Virus record (IMG/VR): IMGVR_UViG_3300035703_000089
Location: 1,168 to 65,167 of that record
Source: a virus
Lineage: Duplodnaviria > Caudoviricetes
DNA: 64,000 nucleotides
Direction: 5' to 3' (one strand)
Position numbers and translations under genes: made by a program. Within the stretch, counting starts at the first letter, position 1, and each line of letters starts with the position of its first letter. Positions 44,401 to 50,452 of this stretch are shown here, in pieces. The notes below the pieces were generated by a model. It saw only the letters and a list, made by a program, of their open reading frames with translations. It did not search any database and was not told the origin of the DNA.

Positions 44401-45100
44401 TGATGTTTTCCATTTGACGAGATATTACAGCACCTGTAATACCTTTTAAGCCAGCGCTTAAATTTTTAGTACCACTAATAGCTTCAATACCTCTAATAAG
44501 TTTAGCTCCACCTAAAGTTTTACCTAGTTTAGATAAACCCATTACAGCTCCTTGTGCAGGAACCATCATACTTACTGTTGTTAATATAGACGGAATATTT
44601 TCACCCCACCATCCATAAGATAATGGACTAAACCCTTCAGATTCTTTAGTTCTGTAAACAGGTAGTTTAAGTTTATCTTCAGCAGATTGTATTGCATCTG
44701 CAATGTCATTATGAAAACCTTCTTTAGCTCTTTCAGTAAAGTCAGTATAATTTCTGTAATCTAGTAAATATGAAGCGTCTTTAATTATATCTAATCCAGT
44801 TTGTGTAACTGCATTAGCTAATCCTGAACCTATTTTAGCAAGACTTGACTGTTCCTGAGCTCTTTGATATTGAAATGGTAAATTTTCATCACCATAATTT
44901 TCAAAATATTGTTGAGTTAAAGGTTTATCATATTTAGATTCACCAAATAAATTAAATTGTTCTTTTGTTGAATAACCTGGTTGAGGTGTTATAACTTGTC
45001 CAACATAGCTAAAATCTTCTCCAGCTTTAACTCTTTTTGAAAATTTATCAATAGCATCTTCTTGATTATTATTTTTTTTAGGTAATTCTTGTTTAGCCAT
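29471..45100 (-). CDS. giant multidomain virion RNA polymerase (crAss-type two-barrel RNAP) with ART-like, zincin, SLOG and SF1B helicase domains
   Basis: GFRIPTQ and catalytic GSDFDVDK (about 35285-35299); HELVH (about 32850); HSGGAYGGD...GGT; GFAGTGKTT, DEASM, GDAAQLPPV and HKSQGST. Confidence 0.92.
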   Translation of the reverse strand: MAKQELPKKNNNQEDAIDKFSKRVKAGEDFSYVGQVITPQPGYSTKEQFNLFGESKYDKPLTQQYFENYGDENLPFQYQRAQEQSSLAKIGSGLANAVTQTGLDIIKDASYLLDYRNYTDFTERAKEGFHNDIADAIQSAEDKLKLPVYRTKESEGFSPLSYGWWGENIPSILTTVSMMVPAQGAVMGLSKLGKTLGGAKLIRGIEAISGTKNLSAGLKGITGAVISRQMENIMEGGQTFEDTYRKLEGKINPNTNQLFTEDEKKAIAGEAAANNYKLNWANIATDLPQYMLLNKSFSQMIKDQRIGLSDVLTTMGQEAGEEAYQFITNEETKRAALIKSGVLEDDKSSLIDRTLDYAKDGEFWTSAFLGGLGGGIFAGVGKFSENKNIEKLQKQQEAIIKLHTAVIKGDEQSFNRTTDDVFHKTLMDNITDLDNFKSMLDMTPEAMDDPEERVKSQKTLNDRKQVIKFAEDYRNTLASDNTKDDIAKATELDYAIDQKLTENRLKNINTELTSLKAEDAFSLNLQDPTLYQFKNLKMQYEAIKDIPQFADKAKQLQLTIAENYNLLLSEGVYSSKEDIDKQLISPNDSKLINLIRNQELDTRTFNQNKEALYKLSTPEGRDEIKKGAEEELARIQNEAKLAAEQAAKTEQAKIIDMFANKINSGEQLASEEELAYYNANKKAIDSRVEELKVAGNNIPTDILDILNKDAENEANFEEQKANVTSQPAGDIFGETIEPTETELNVGKKRSKDKFIPVNEFDLKKGDILYNLYTNTQDVANSYTIKAFNVGGKGSNQYLKGILLVDNETKKEKWWNSKDKINWNNLFVKSNIEEKNLETELGVTDIETKNVLKDVKSTTDGLYNAYYKQQKYNEYEKIQKIAGLEDSNIFTDVSEAYHKAKKDGSNPELVKAVEELLSNKQPATTATDIEAKRADIERRRQEELDKAPKSYTDFKIGDTVEADVEEELPSIPGQPILKEIVNLDGFKIRAITPLADKSTAVIRFTDGNELREYYEPELIEGIQRRINAKYDAELAALKSATTTTNTKADIEKANTFTRDSLKEISDGTGLAKKGTEILNPDKVASQLKVGDKITFYAEKERTGIWDGKSIREDKSNNPFGILGILSDVNGYIKNQSKIDAELKSLEGGKPKVATLESELQDLNNKKEKAISDLTNANLPKEVLENSINIINERFNDLENLVKQKYGVKEELNKQIEKIEDAQNTKENIIVNANDGIVPEIGYKERKALENELNEDLEFTNDQGESVSPQGNSVTLGDLIINAAKSIAYLSKSYISKFAKLGEVTYSRKEDISEDQLNELIQEPMLLSGKQYQVGDELNLSVDTTFNLTLKDGTVITYEQTKNNPYLVPIKITNKEGKIIGYLHTLDWITESNVASKGNNIEIQRNALKALREDIVAKGTKKVFISNKTLGKLNFTTKKVDKPTSEVIKNPNVKFVIGKNNSFYEGLDKPLNGNQPINKDVKAGLVYMVVDTPVAGKTIAIPVFNNKISDEIADTLTNAAEAFFKQDAKIGNEILKQTGIDILTANGLRSFFELYVATASFDQADLNNNVKNDTKLFLNVLGSGIQYGTGGGVLKSVGNLANFNKSDFNKQIKRSFVSIFLKHLNKPSFKQVYIDNKGKVTYKESTYTEFIKNNTTTNVSDIKLPDGSYTLFVQPVITFEEAVEVGKNILNDSSKPSYTTPSTKSDPTKLGKIDFDALNDEKDLVDESPVVLSSEAKQPIKEGVAELFESNPELANAVYEALGFKEYSKETKNKLALTEKLKDIFKDKSTVLFRAGDNTDAFYIDLVKTSDNRYFYFSENQSPEEISKQRFAEEIKFIDGQIATTEEKDAFINSYLEIADLDQISENPLLTKEEKLKATKDILKKVTPQQKQQALQAYSQYLDTIFPESKVKDIVYHVGYNIINNFTKRDNGIYFTDNIKYAEELIAEKIKSHALYSGVIMTTEEAKKELKKYSVVLNSKNIKEISKVNSEIVKNLNKDNFDTIKGIEDESQNVESYVVFEPEQIHILGSKQDIQGFKEFTGSVDLSPPTLSPKSKQEIADASSLIPGFNAFRQGQVVNIMNGFVLKSLKEKGAQTKSALYNELKNTFVEYEKAFRDRGKVNYANEFKKILDNYEEFVKQSEQRLTLFNVKEVPGQPGKISNEGKTTEAPVEDVVGVEDVESNNEKVNYDDGATFLIDSKESMSSRLKQFLSFITSPTKSYLQLDTYMPFDEVVNYLSGQLAGMEASYADISARLGEIAKVKPWVKEVKNELDNASDQIKNEFVQWATKHYANFKIAEIFGSIKTGGISIKVMDSDQNAIIKTIQSKWLANLKTTDLVKETTPGNLIIDNSKRKELVDELNSIDKNDLNAVKAWLAKIGIEVSMDTLEAIKNNPTSPYAKQFTDKNGIFFNIVANLSKETLSADDTFDTNNPLTNNSGIKKLAAIEALYSDAHFSNSFKNGEGKSVFAYSNNKYFINQFYRLKRNVGNYLNNLMSTSFASTSSWGKQLKNKDSYFSQVFDYFYLDTLKYKKEGVTLDHMSSREHELTKLALFWNQNNGRQDEKISHFLFPTMSDKSTMTGITALRHNVQVLFNEDGSIELSESTKDALYDVVEAEYKRILQSYNIKNDIDGYNPNMFYFFEELNNNKALWEETTITDENGKEITRKTLKPLNQINQNIIKEFVADHALKLIEAKKQHWTDLGLTTKDSFKFADKTYITAARNNLREANKNMSDVITYAAADYVINYVIANANSFQLFVGDPALFFKKDAEKTWINVGKRLAAEIAPGLELADSKNNKFTVAFAKDASGALSVSMNFPQLLKMLDGLSVEEFNKLSKKEKEALDSYPYYDIEGTDAQELTILAEHLYVLEKSGKISPEKVKELLEREEKGTLNKYDFVDIFQPIKPVYVNTQLEPSMDVNRKIYIKSSSFPLVKGLTPEMDKLRDAMIKNGVDRLAFKTATKVGGPKEFIDIFNQDGTIKSNLVFDNKMLLDRSGFRIQQDVPFDAEKDSVNRGSQEAKLLFANILDMEGFNYNGETINGKQLQDEYNALNKQLFANGKRALLKEITDDSGNLNLVKVQKLLIEEAKGRGWPQNDIDALRLVKVNEIIDQFAMPLWASTSANKIEALLSSLVDNKVRKQKLRGNSFVLGSEEGFRGKSKDIIYTKSYNPETGLLPMRIDKKTGKVLPAQILITNKLKDQEGNPVNLQRFMTRDGYLDLSKIDPKLLTGFGFRIPTQLHSSMSYVEVVGFLPSYMGDLVIAPKDFTKQMGSDFDVDKLYTYMYNAKIENGKLVRDDSSAKKKLQNELLDVHISVMSNPNLFTNIVNPLGFGELPSIANKVDSYRSKRLESKFKATKLNDTYQKEKYLKARAGKSGTGVKSLDSVFTAISQGKDLYLRTVSGGFNPIETKINLVFGDESGKAIELNNISEKDGINNKPKINTVSAYQSAAVDNEKEQILEKINSNNYTFDAERALAAVGFDESFIAPLTSQDAIFDYANEMARSQDSVNDEFISNPEQTIITKLINKYATEGNIDSFLAASLMDPDYPLTKEEMWSSIEMGEKDPNYYKTQIRALVKFNKAREIGKEISNIQLTINTDSAGISPSLIESNYKEEKVNELFDNKYIANVENLLDNTINGFATDDALRLNNSLWYHLFPYGKISQVFNELQSVLGKKVLTNEKRLKIFNGIKSFVYSKQSLGLDNENVRSLREKLFFDRAGNKSLASQVKELQKTSKNPFITRLMVDIDPTGNKPSLIKYNAGAAENFDELNVYQGFIDLIGNEATTELAQNMITYFYISGGIQQAIQFGKYIPNSYLRAIGFDENLRNLNFEDPELLGILDLNQKSNYYEVSNFVKQYIQHNPGEAIKLKDDLSQIDPKSIKRDFNKTITEFTTTNKLASDILVGRVMPETNEFLEVLPEFVNLDFKLYQYTGNGKYVLIDTLGSFGYSEYTQGEFNVDSLVYENKANKPLPKQPVKTDTRDVVEKEMPGVANNLSDTRRVIKYNIVNIDNALDIISKTSTNLLHKALAPEIRKALKNSPKVNIAISNDPNVKGFYAYDRKTKEGTVVINEANTRSDEDFERTLLHELVHHLTGYIAKDYEKYLETGNKGELTDEQIRICNSLKTMQNTLVAKIKSNPKWQAQYDEFVKTYESKKHVDEIQVSKNYGAYKFSEFFTMAMTDMEFQKILNDIPFDSNKTILDRFVELVNKLLASVGFPVKENSVLSNAVSNIVELINLTNPQYAEELSESTIDNNPLSYTNHSGGAYGGDTFWDLIGREFGVTNHMHYKDAGNANLSQKLRNAGVKATILTKEQMDKARLEVERLLGEKYPDTLQGNLQVRNYYQVANADAVFAIAEISPTTRPEVMGGTNTAVKLGIKMGKPVYVFDLDTKKWYTQDTEFLKTGYDSTKHKWDYNGWKEIETPTLTKNFAGVGSRDIESYNVQKEGKWVPREQYKGKEIEEAAKQAIRDVYANTFKATNKPTTQPSAPVTEQKDFTVKDAFNEVIKNAPTKTLVTTHGNYDLHKNAASEKLLSKSIGYSLDEIFKGSERFYILERYVLDAGSAYDYKRGGFKPGKYLVDTKNKTIINLYSISYDYSDNVSVLQRNNDIFKYAHGEANTKIVSYTTQDFKDVKITPKVEQKTADYKYFGAPYKVILSEDGSTGIDVVDYKGKPERKALLLSAFNTNRDVDPQQINKFAEAKDPTKNISTPFSEVVESNQYKLPDGRVITFNDQQVSAINNINEWLKGDDLFYTLSGFAGTGKTTLVKSILDKYKGRVAVSAPTHKAKKVIQKSTKKTGYTIQKLLGLMPNTDLDNFDINRPQFDPKGEKEINRYGLIIIDEASMLNKDLFNLLLKEAEKAGTKILFMGDAAQLPPVGEQISQVFSLPNKSELTKVERQKGDNPLMLIYDSIRNNLTSLIDRFIHTTSINNKNEGIVFTEKYKEFEKKAIELYNSEEYKKDKDFVKILTWTNDDVKYWNGIIRNSLFDNPTEPVLQGDLLMAYNTIQLGPYEAIENSADYVVVQTSNKTTSDGLDVISAELDLIDEPGNPLSVNILLPNTNNYVKFVQIFNQKLNAAKQNRKLWPSYFAFKNKYLLLENLYGPGGQLIVKKDLDYGYAITVHKSQGSTYTNVLVNENNIDKNSNASERNKLKYVAFSRPTQNAYVLSDKTDNNRPAKGLTTEDDIFGTVTNEPTDTDLMPVTRKKSKIKNLYELKPC

Positions 45101-47235
45101 TATTCAGTTTCTTGTAGATTTTCAAATTCATCAGTTTTAGTAGCTCTATCAAAATTTCTTGTATTGTAAGTAGGTAGTAAAGGAGATATATTATCTTTAT
45201 CTAATAACTTGTTAGCTTCATCTAATGTCATAGGAATTGGTTGGCCATTTGTATTAAACATAGTTACACCAAATTCTATAATAGGTCTACCATTAGCATC
45301 TTTTTTATTTCCTTTAACAAATGATGCATAAACATTTCCTTTTGAATCTTGTTGTGCAGAAACAAATTTTTGATTTCCTGTTGCTCCTACAGCTTTATTT
45401 ACTTTGGTTAATAAAGGAGAATTATCTACAACACCTTGTTGTATAAAGTTATTTATTGATTGTGTTAAACTTGTAGATGCTTGATTTGCTCTATTAAAAT
45501 CTACGTTATTAGTGTTTATTATAAATATTCTAGGTTCTCCAGTTTTAGGATCTTTACTTTGCAAGTATAAATCTCCAGCTTTATAATTTGAATTAGTTAA
45601 ACTTTTTGCAGGGCCAAGTATTTTAGAATTATTTAAAATATTAGCTTTTACTAATTCTAAATCTTCAGCTTCTAAAGGTTTTCCATCTAAAGTTTTAACA
45701 GTACTAAATGATAATTGACCAGGATTTACAACATTTCCATCTTTATCAACAGATGCACCAAATGCTTTAGATAAAGCTTGTTTAGTTCCTTCATCAAATG
45801 CTGTAAAATTCATTTGGAAAGTATTTGCAGTTTTTAAATATTCTTCAACAGCATTTTTATAATCTGCAAATTTACCACTAGATACACCTAATCTTTGACC
45901 TAACTTTATTAAGTTTTTATTAGCATTAACGTGATCTTGTTCAGTAACAGGTTTTGAAGTTATAGTAACATTTTTACCATCTGGGCCTTTAACAACTGTA
46001 CTTGATTTTCCTCCACTAGAACCAGCTCCTGGCATATAAATTCCAGAAGTTGTTTCAGCCTTATATCCTTCAGGTAAATTATCTAAGCCATATTGTTTAC
46101 CATTAATATTTACAACATCAACAGTTTTGCCAGTTAGATTCTTAAGAGATAATTTTCCGTCTTTAAATTCCCAATCATTACCTAAATTATTATCTGTATT
46201 TTTTAATACAGTGTTTATTCCAGAATCATTATTTACATTTTTAGGATCAGTAGGTATTCCTTGAGATGTCCAAAGCATTTGTTTGTTAATATCTTCTTCA
46301 TCAGATCTTTTCTTTAAATTATATAATTTTAAAGGATCTGAAACTTTCATATAGTCTTGTTTTTCTTTTTGATATTGTGCACCATATGCAATACCTTGTA
46401 ATATATTACCAAAAGGAGTTTTAGTATTAGGTATTAATGTTCCAGATTCATCAACTAAAGGTTTTCCGTTTTCATCTCTAGCAATAAAATCACTCCATCC
46501 TTTTTGACCTTTAAATCTTCCTTCTTGCTCTAAAGATGATTTTAATTTTTCATCTCCTGCAGCTCTTGATAATAAAGAACTCATTATTTTATTATAATCC
46601 TTATGTTCTATTTCTCCAGATGCAAATGCTTGAGTTACTTCATTAAGACTTCCGTAATTTTTTAATTTTGAAATTCCAGTATCTGCAGCAACATCTTTTA
46701 AAGCTTTTGATGCCCACTCATTTGCATCAACATAATTTGCAACACCTTCTCCTGCAAAATAATTTATGTTACCGTCTTGAACTGTTCCAGCAAAAGATTC
46801 TTTAGCTTGATTTAAATGAGATCTTAATTCATTTTGTGACCAACCTAAATCTTTAGCTTTATCTAAAATATTTTTTTCGTATGCTTTATAAGCATCATAA
46901 TTTGCTTGTATTGCGCCAAGATCACCAGTTGGACTAAGTCTAGAAACTAATTCATTTTTCTTTTTTGACCATTCTCTTTTAATAATAGGATCACTAAAAT
47001 CTTTATCTCCAAATTCAGCAACAGCATTTTCTATTTCCTTTTTTGCCTTTTTAGAATATTCATAATCTGAAGGTAAAAAATTCCAATTTTTGCCAGCAAT
47101 ATCTATTCCTTCTTGTAATTTTTTTTCTTGATTAACATTATATTCCTTTGCTAGACCAGATAAATAATCTAGTGGCATTGGTACATATTGTGAAACGTAT
47201 TCTTGTTTTTGAGGTGTATCAAAACGATTAGCCAT
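45100..47235 (-). CDS. internal virion (cargo) protein
   Basis: MANRFD...YVSQYVPMPL start; position upstream of the RNAP as in crAss-like phages. Confidence 0.65.
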   Translation of the reverse strand: MANRFDTPQKQEYVSQYVPMPLDYLSGLAKEYNVNQEKKLQEGIDIAGKNWNFLPSDYEYSKKAKKEIENAVAEFGDKDFSDPIIKREWSKKKNELVSRLSPTGDLGAIQANYDAYKAYEKNILDKAKDLGWSQNELRSHLNQAKESFAGTVQDGNINYFAGEGVANYVDANEWASKALKDVAADTGISKLKNYGSLNEVTQAFASGEIEHKDYNKIMSSLLSRAAGDEKLKSSLEQEGRFKGQKGWSDFIARDENGKPLVDESGTLIPNTKTPFGNILQGIAYGAQYQKEKQDYMKVSDPLKLYNLKKRSDEEDINKQMLWTSQGIPTDPKNVNNDSGINTVLKNTDNNLGNDWEFKDGKLSLKNLTGKTVDVVNINGKQYGLDNLPEGYKAETTSGIYMPGAGSSGGKSSTVVKGPDGKNVTITSKPVTEQDHVNANKNLIKLGQRLGVSSGKFADYKNAVEEYLKTANTFQMNFTAFDEGTKQALSKAFGASVDKDGNVVNPGQLSFSTVKTLDGKPLEAEDLELVKANILNNSKILGPAKSLTNSNYKAGDLYLQSKDPKTGEPRIFIINTNNVDFNRANQASTSLTQSINNFIQQGVVDNSPLLTKVNKAVGATGNQKFVSAQQDSKGNVYASFVKGNKKDANGRPIIEFGVTMFNTNGQPIPMTLDEANKLLDKDNISPLLPTYNTRNFDRATKTDEFENLQETE

Positions 47236-47252
47236 AGTTTTATTTTATATCG

Positions 47253-47273
47253 CAAATATAATAATTATATTTG
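47253..47273 (-). promoter_or_regulatory. Bacteroidota -7 promoter element TATATTTG within an inverted repeat
   Basis: caaatata-ataat-tatatttg; exact TAnnTTTG on both strands, upstream of the ATG at 47235; no clear -33 TTG. Confidence 0.5.
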
Positions 47274-47290
47274 ATTGTTGTTTAATATTA

Positions 47291-50200
47291 TTATTTTTTA
47301 AATTGTGCAATATAAGCTTTACCTTCAGCACTATTTGCCCACTGAGGATTAGAAGCAATAATAGCATTTAAAGTTTTTTGATCCATACTACCAGTCCTAT
47401 AATCTTTTACTTGCGATGAAACATTTTTACCTATACCTGACATACCTGAACTCATTAAATCTCTATTAGCTGCTCTATTCTGTGCATTAGCAATAGTTTC
47501 TCTCATTGCAAGTTCAGTATTATATTGACCTGCTTGATTTGTAATACCAGCATTTAAATTATTAACTTCTTCAATAGCTTTAGCATCAGCATACATTTTC
47601 TTAAGAGCTAAGTCTTTTAAATTTTGTCTATATGCACTACCACTACCTTGTGATGCAGCGGCTAAACCTTCTTTACCCTTAGCATAACCTAACTGATTTC
47701 TTCTAAGTATTTCATTAGCAGTTAATGTAGTTGGAGTATATCTTTCATAAGTTTCAGTTTCAGGTTTACTTCCCCTGTAAATATCATATATATTACCAGC
47801 ATTTTGTAATAAGCCCATACCTATTTGTGTGCCAGCATTTATAAGACCACTATAATCTTTAGTTTTACCAGCATCAGTAAATCCAGTATTACCTGCATTA
47901 AATTCACTAGCGCCTTTAGCTAATGATTGGTTAAAATCATTTCTATCACCAAAATCTGCTATAGAATTATCTCTAACTTCTGTAACACCTTGAGGTACAT
48001 TTCCAAGTCCAGACATTGAATAATCATAATCATCTACAAATTTAGATGGATCATATGCTGGCCCACCATTAACATATTGAATAATACTTTCGTTATTATA
48101 ATTTATTCCACCATATCTTTTTTGAGATATTGCTTCATTTGCAATATTATTAGTTCCGTAATTTAAAATCTGAGCTTTTTGTTTAGCCTGATTGTAACTA
48201 TCATTAATACCAGGTATTGAATAACCTTGATAGTCAGGATGCATTATAGTTCCTTTAGGAGTTACAGGAGTAGTATTAGCTACAGGAGTAGCAGTAGATC
48301 TTAACTTACTAATATAATCTTGATAAGTTACATTAGCAGGTGCTTCAAATTTAGCATTATAAACCATTCCTGAAGGATCGTTAGGGCCTTTAGCGTATTG
48401 ACCTGAAATAGGTTTAGGATTTACACCTGTAATTCTTGCATATTCAGCTTCAGCATTAGTAAATTTAGGATCTTGCCAATTCTCTTTATATTTACTAGAG
48501 TTGTAAAGTATTTTTTTAACATTTTGTAATGCTTTAAAATCAGCTTCACTCATAGGCTCACCTGTATTACCACCCATATTATATTGTTGTACACCACCCA
48601 TTTCATGTTTCCAACCTGCAGCATTACGTGCAAAATTAGCACGCTTAACTTGTGTAGAACTATAATCTTCTTTATTAGCTAATACGTGTCTTGCAAACTC
48701 TTGTACACTCATTCCTGCACGTTCAGCACTTGCAGTAAATTTACCTTTATTTGCAGGGTTAATATGTATACCACCTTCTCTATATTCAGCATTAATCTTA
48801 GCTTCTTGTTCAAGCATTTCCTTAGTAGGTTCTTTGCCACTACCAGCATTATCTCTTATATTATCCCATAAACCACGTTTAGAATATGTACCATCTGCAC
48901 GCTTAATCATACCGCCATTACCATAATTAGCAATGTAATTATTTGCTTCTTCAGGTGACATATGAGCCTCTAATCTAGATCTTAATATACCTTCAGGTAA
49001 TTTACCACCATTAGCATATGTTAATGAGTTATAATTTTCATCACGCATATAATCATTTACAGTTGGTACCATCATTTGACCACCAGCCATATACATGCCA
49101 CCCATTCTAGCTATTGCATATTCACCTTCATTACTTTCAGGTAAACCCATAGGCTCAGTAGTTTCAGTATCTCTTGAAGGTACTAAACCTAATCTCTTAG
49201 CATAATTATTAACCTTTTGTTGTTTAAGTGCCTCTTGTTGTGCAAATAAGTTTTGAGAGTTAATCATCATAGCTTTTCTTAATTCTTTTTTAGCATTTTT
49301 TGCAGTTTGATTATCAGGCATCTTATCAAATTTTTTATCTAATTTACTAGTATCATTTTTCTTATTTACCTCAGCAAATGTTTTATTTGTACCAGGTACT
49401 TTTAATTTATCAGAAAATATTATACTACCAGTAGGTATTTGTTGTTCAGTTAATTTAACACCACCCTCTTCATGTGAAGGAGCACTGTCAGGTAGTTGTA
49501 CAAATCCGCCATTATCAGCTTTAATGTAATTCTCACCACCTTCTAACTCAGCTACTATTTGACCACCATTTTTAAACATTTGTAATGAATTAACAAACAA
49601 TGGTTTTTTATTAGGATTATCCCAAACTCTTTGCATACCACTACTTAATCCACCATCACCAAACATTCTAATATCTGTAATAGCTATTTTATTATCATAA
49701 GGAGTTTTAATAACTCCACCTAACGCATATTTCATTCCACCATATCTAGCCATCATACCAGCTTGTTGTGGACTCATAGTATTAGGTACACCTGTATTCA
49801 TACTAGGGTTAATCATTGTAAGCATATTTGCATTACTGCCACCTGTCATTCCTGTAGAACCCATTCCTTGACCTAATCCCATAGATGCTAATTGACCTAA
49901 TGATCCAACTGCTTGACCTGCCATTTGAGCATTAGGATCACCTGCACTACCATATGATATGCCTTGACCTATTCCTTTTGATGCAGTACCTATTGCAGCT
50001 TCAGGAGATACTAATCCTGTAGCAGCGCCTGTAATAGCACCTGCTGCTTTACCATAACCAGCAATAGAATTTTGTTGCCTTATTTCATCTTCAGTAGAAT
50101 TACCAGCTTTTTGTAAAGCCTTATAACCCATATCAGTTAATTGATCAGTTGCACCCATTGTCATAGTGTCAAGCAATCCTTCACCTACGCCATATGCACC

Positions 50201-50350
50201 AGCGCCTATGTCTTTCCATATTCTTGCATTCTTGCCACCGTCACCATATTGTGGAACACCATAATAGGGATTATATACACTAGGTAATTTAGATGGCATT
50301 TTTTTACCACCGTTTTTATATGTTTTAACTAAAGATTTTTTATTTTTCAT
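47291..50350 (-). CDS. crAss-like virion protein with repeated [YF]xxGG motifs
   Basis: ELEGGE and PSHEEGGV motifs; GGIHINPANKGKFT...KRANFARNA module; Gly/Ala-rich termini. Confidence 0.75.
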   Translation of the reverse strand: MKNKKSLVKTYKNGGKKMPSKLPSVYNPYYGVPQYGDGGKNARIWKDIGAGAYGVGEGLLDTMTMGATDQLTDMGYKALQKAGNSTEDEIRQQNSIAGYGKAAGAITGAATGLVSPEAAIGTASKGIGQGISYGSAGDPNAQMAGQAVGSLGQLASMGLGQGMGSTGMTGGSNANMLTMINPSMNTGVPNTMSPQQAGMMARYGGMKYALGGVIKTPYDNKIAITDIRMFGDGGLSSGMQRVWDNPNKKPLFVNSLQMFKNGGQIVAELEGGENYIKADNGGFVQLPDSAPSHEEGGVKLTEQQIPTGSIIFSDKLKVPGTNKTFAEVNKKNDTSKLDKKFDKMPDNQTAKNAKKELRKAMMINSQNLFAQQEALKQQKVNNYAKRLGLVPSRDTETTEPMGLPESNEGEYAIARMGGMYMAGGQMMVPTVNDYMRDENYNSLTYANGGKLPEGILRSRLEAHMSPEEANNYIANYGNGGMIKRADGTYSKRGLWDNIRDNAGSGKEPTKEMLEQEAKINAEYREGGIHINPANKGKFTASAERAGMSVQEFARHVLANKEDYSSTQVKRANFARNAAGWKHEMGGVQQYNMGGNTGEPMSEADFKALQNVKKILYNSSKYKENWQDPKFTNAEAEYARITGVNPKPISGQYAKGPNDPSGMVYNAKFEAPANVTYQDYISKLRSTATPVANTTPVTPKGTIMHPDYQGYSIPGINDSYNQAKQKAQILNYGTNNIANEAISQKRYGGINYNNESIIQYVNGGPAYDPSKFVDDYDYSMSGLGNVPQGVTEVRDNSIADFGDRNDFNQSLAKGASEFNAGNTGFTDAGKTKDYSGLINAGTQIGMGLLQNAGNIYDIYRGSKPETETYERYTPTTLTANEILRRNQLGYAKGKEGLAAASQGSGSAYRQNLKDLALKKMYADAKAIEEVNNLNAGITNQAGQYNTELAMRETIANAQNRAANRDLMSSGMSGIGKNVSSQVKDYRTGSMDQKTLNAIIASNPQWANSAEGKAYIAQFKK

Positions 50351-50381
50351 GTATATAATTTATTATGTTATATATGTATTA

Positions 50382-50412
50382 TTAATATAGTGTTTTTAGT
50401 GATAAAGTGCAA
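50382..50412 (-). promoter_or_regulatory. putative promoter TTGCA-N18-TATATTAA
   Basis: Exact motif upstream of the 1019-aa gene. Confidence 0.65.
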
Positions 50413-50430
50413 ATTTATAATATAACATAA

Positions 50431-50447
50431 GGTGTTATAATAACACC
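50431..50447 (-). terminator. possible terminator hairpin after the tail gene
   Basis: ggtgtta-taa-taacacc; weak U tract. Confidence 0.35.
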
Positions 50448-50452
50448 AAATG

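Noticed and set aside
45100-47235. Apparently different codon style (more GGA) suggesting recent exchange of this gene
   Set aside because: An impression only; it cannot be quantified by eye.
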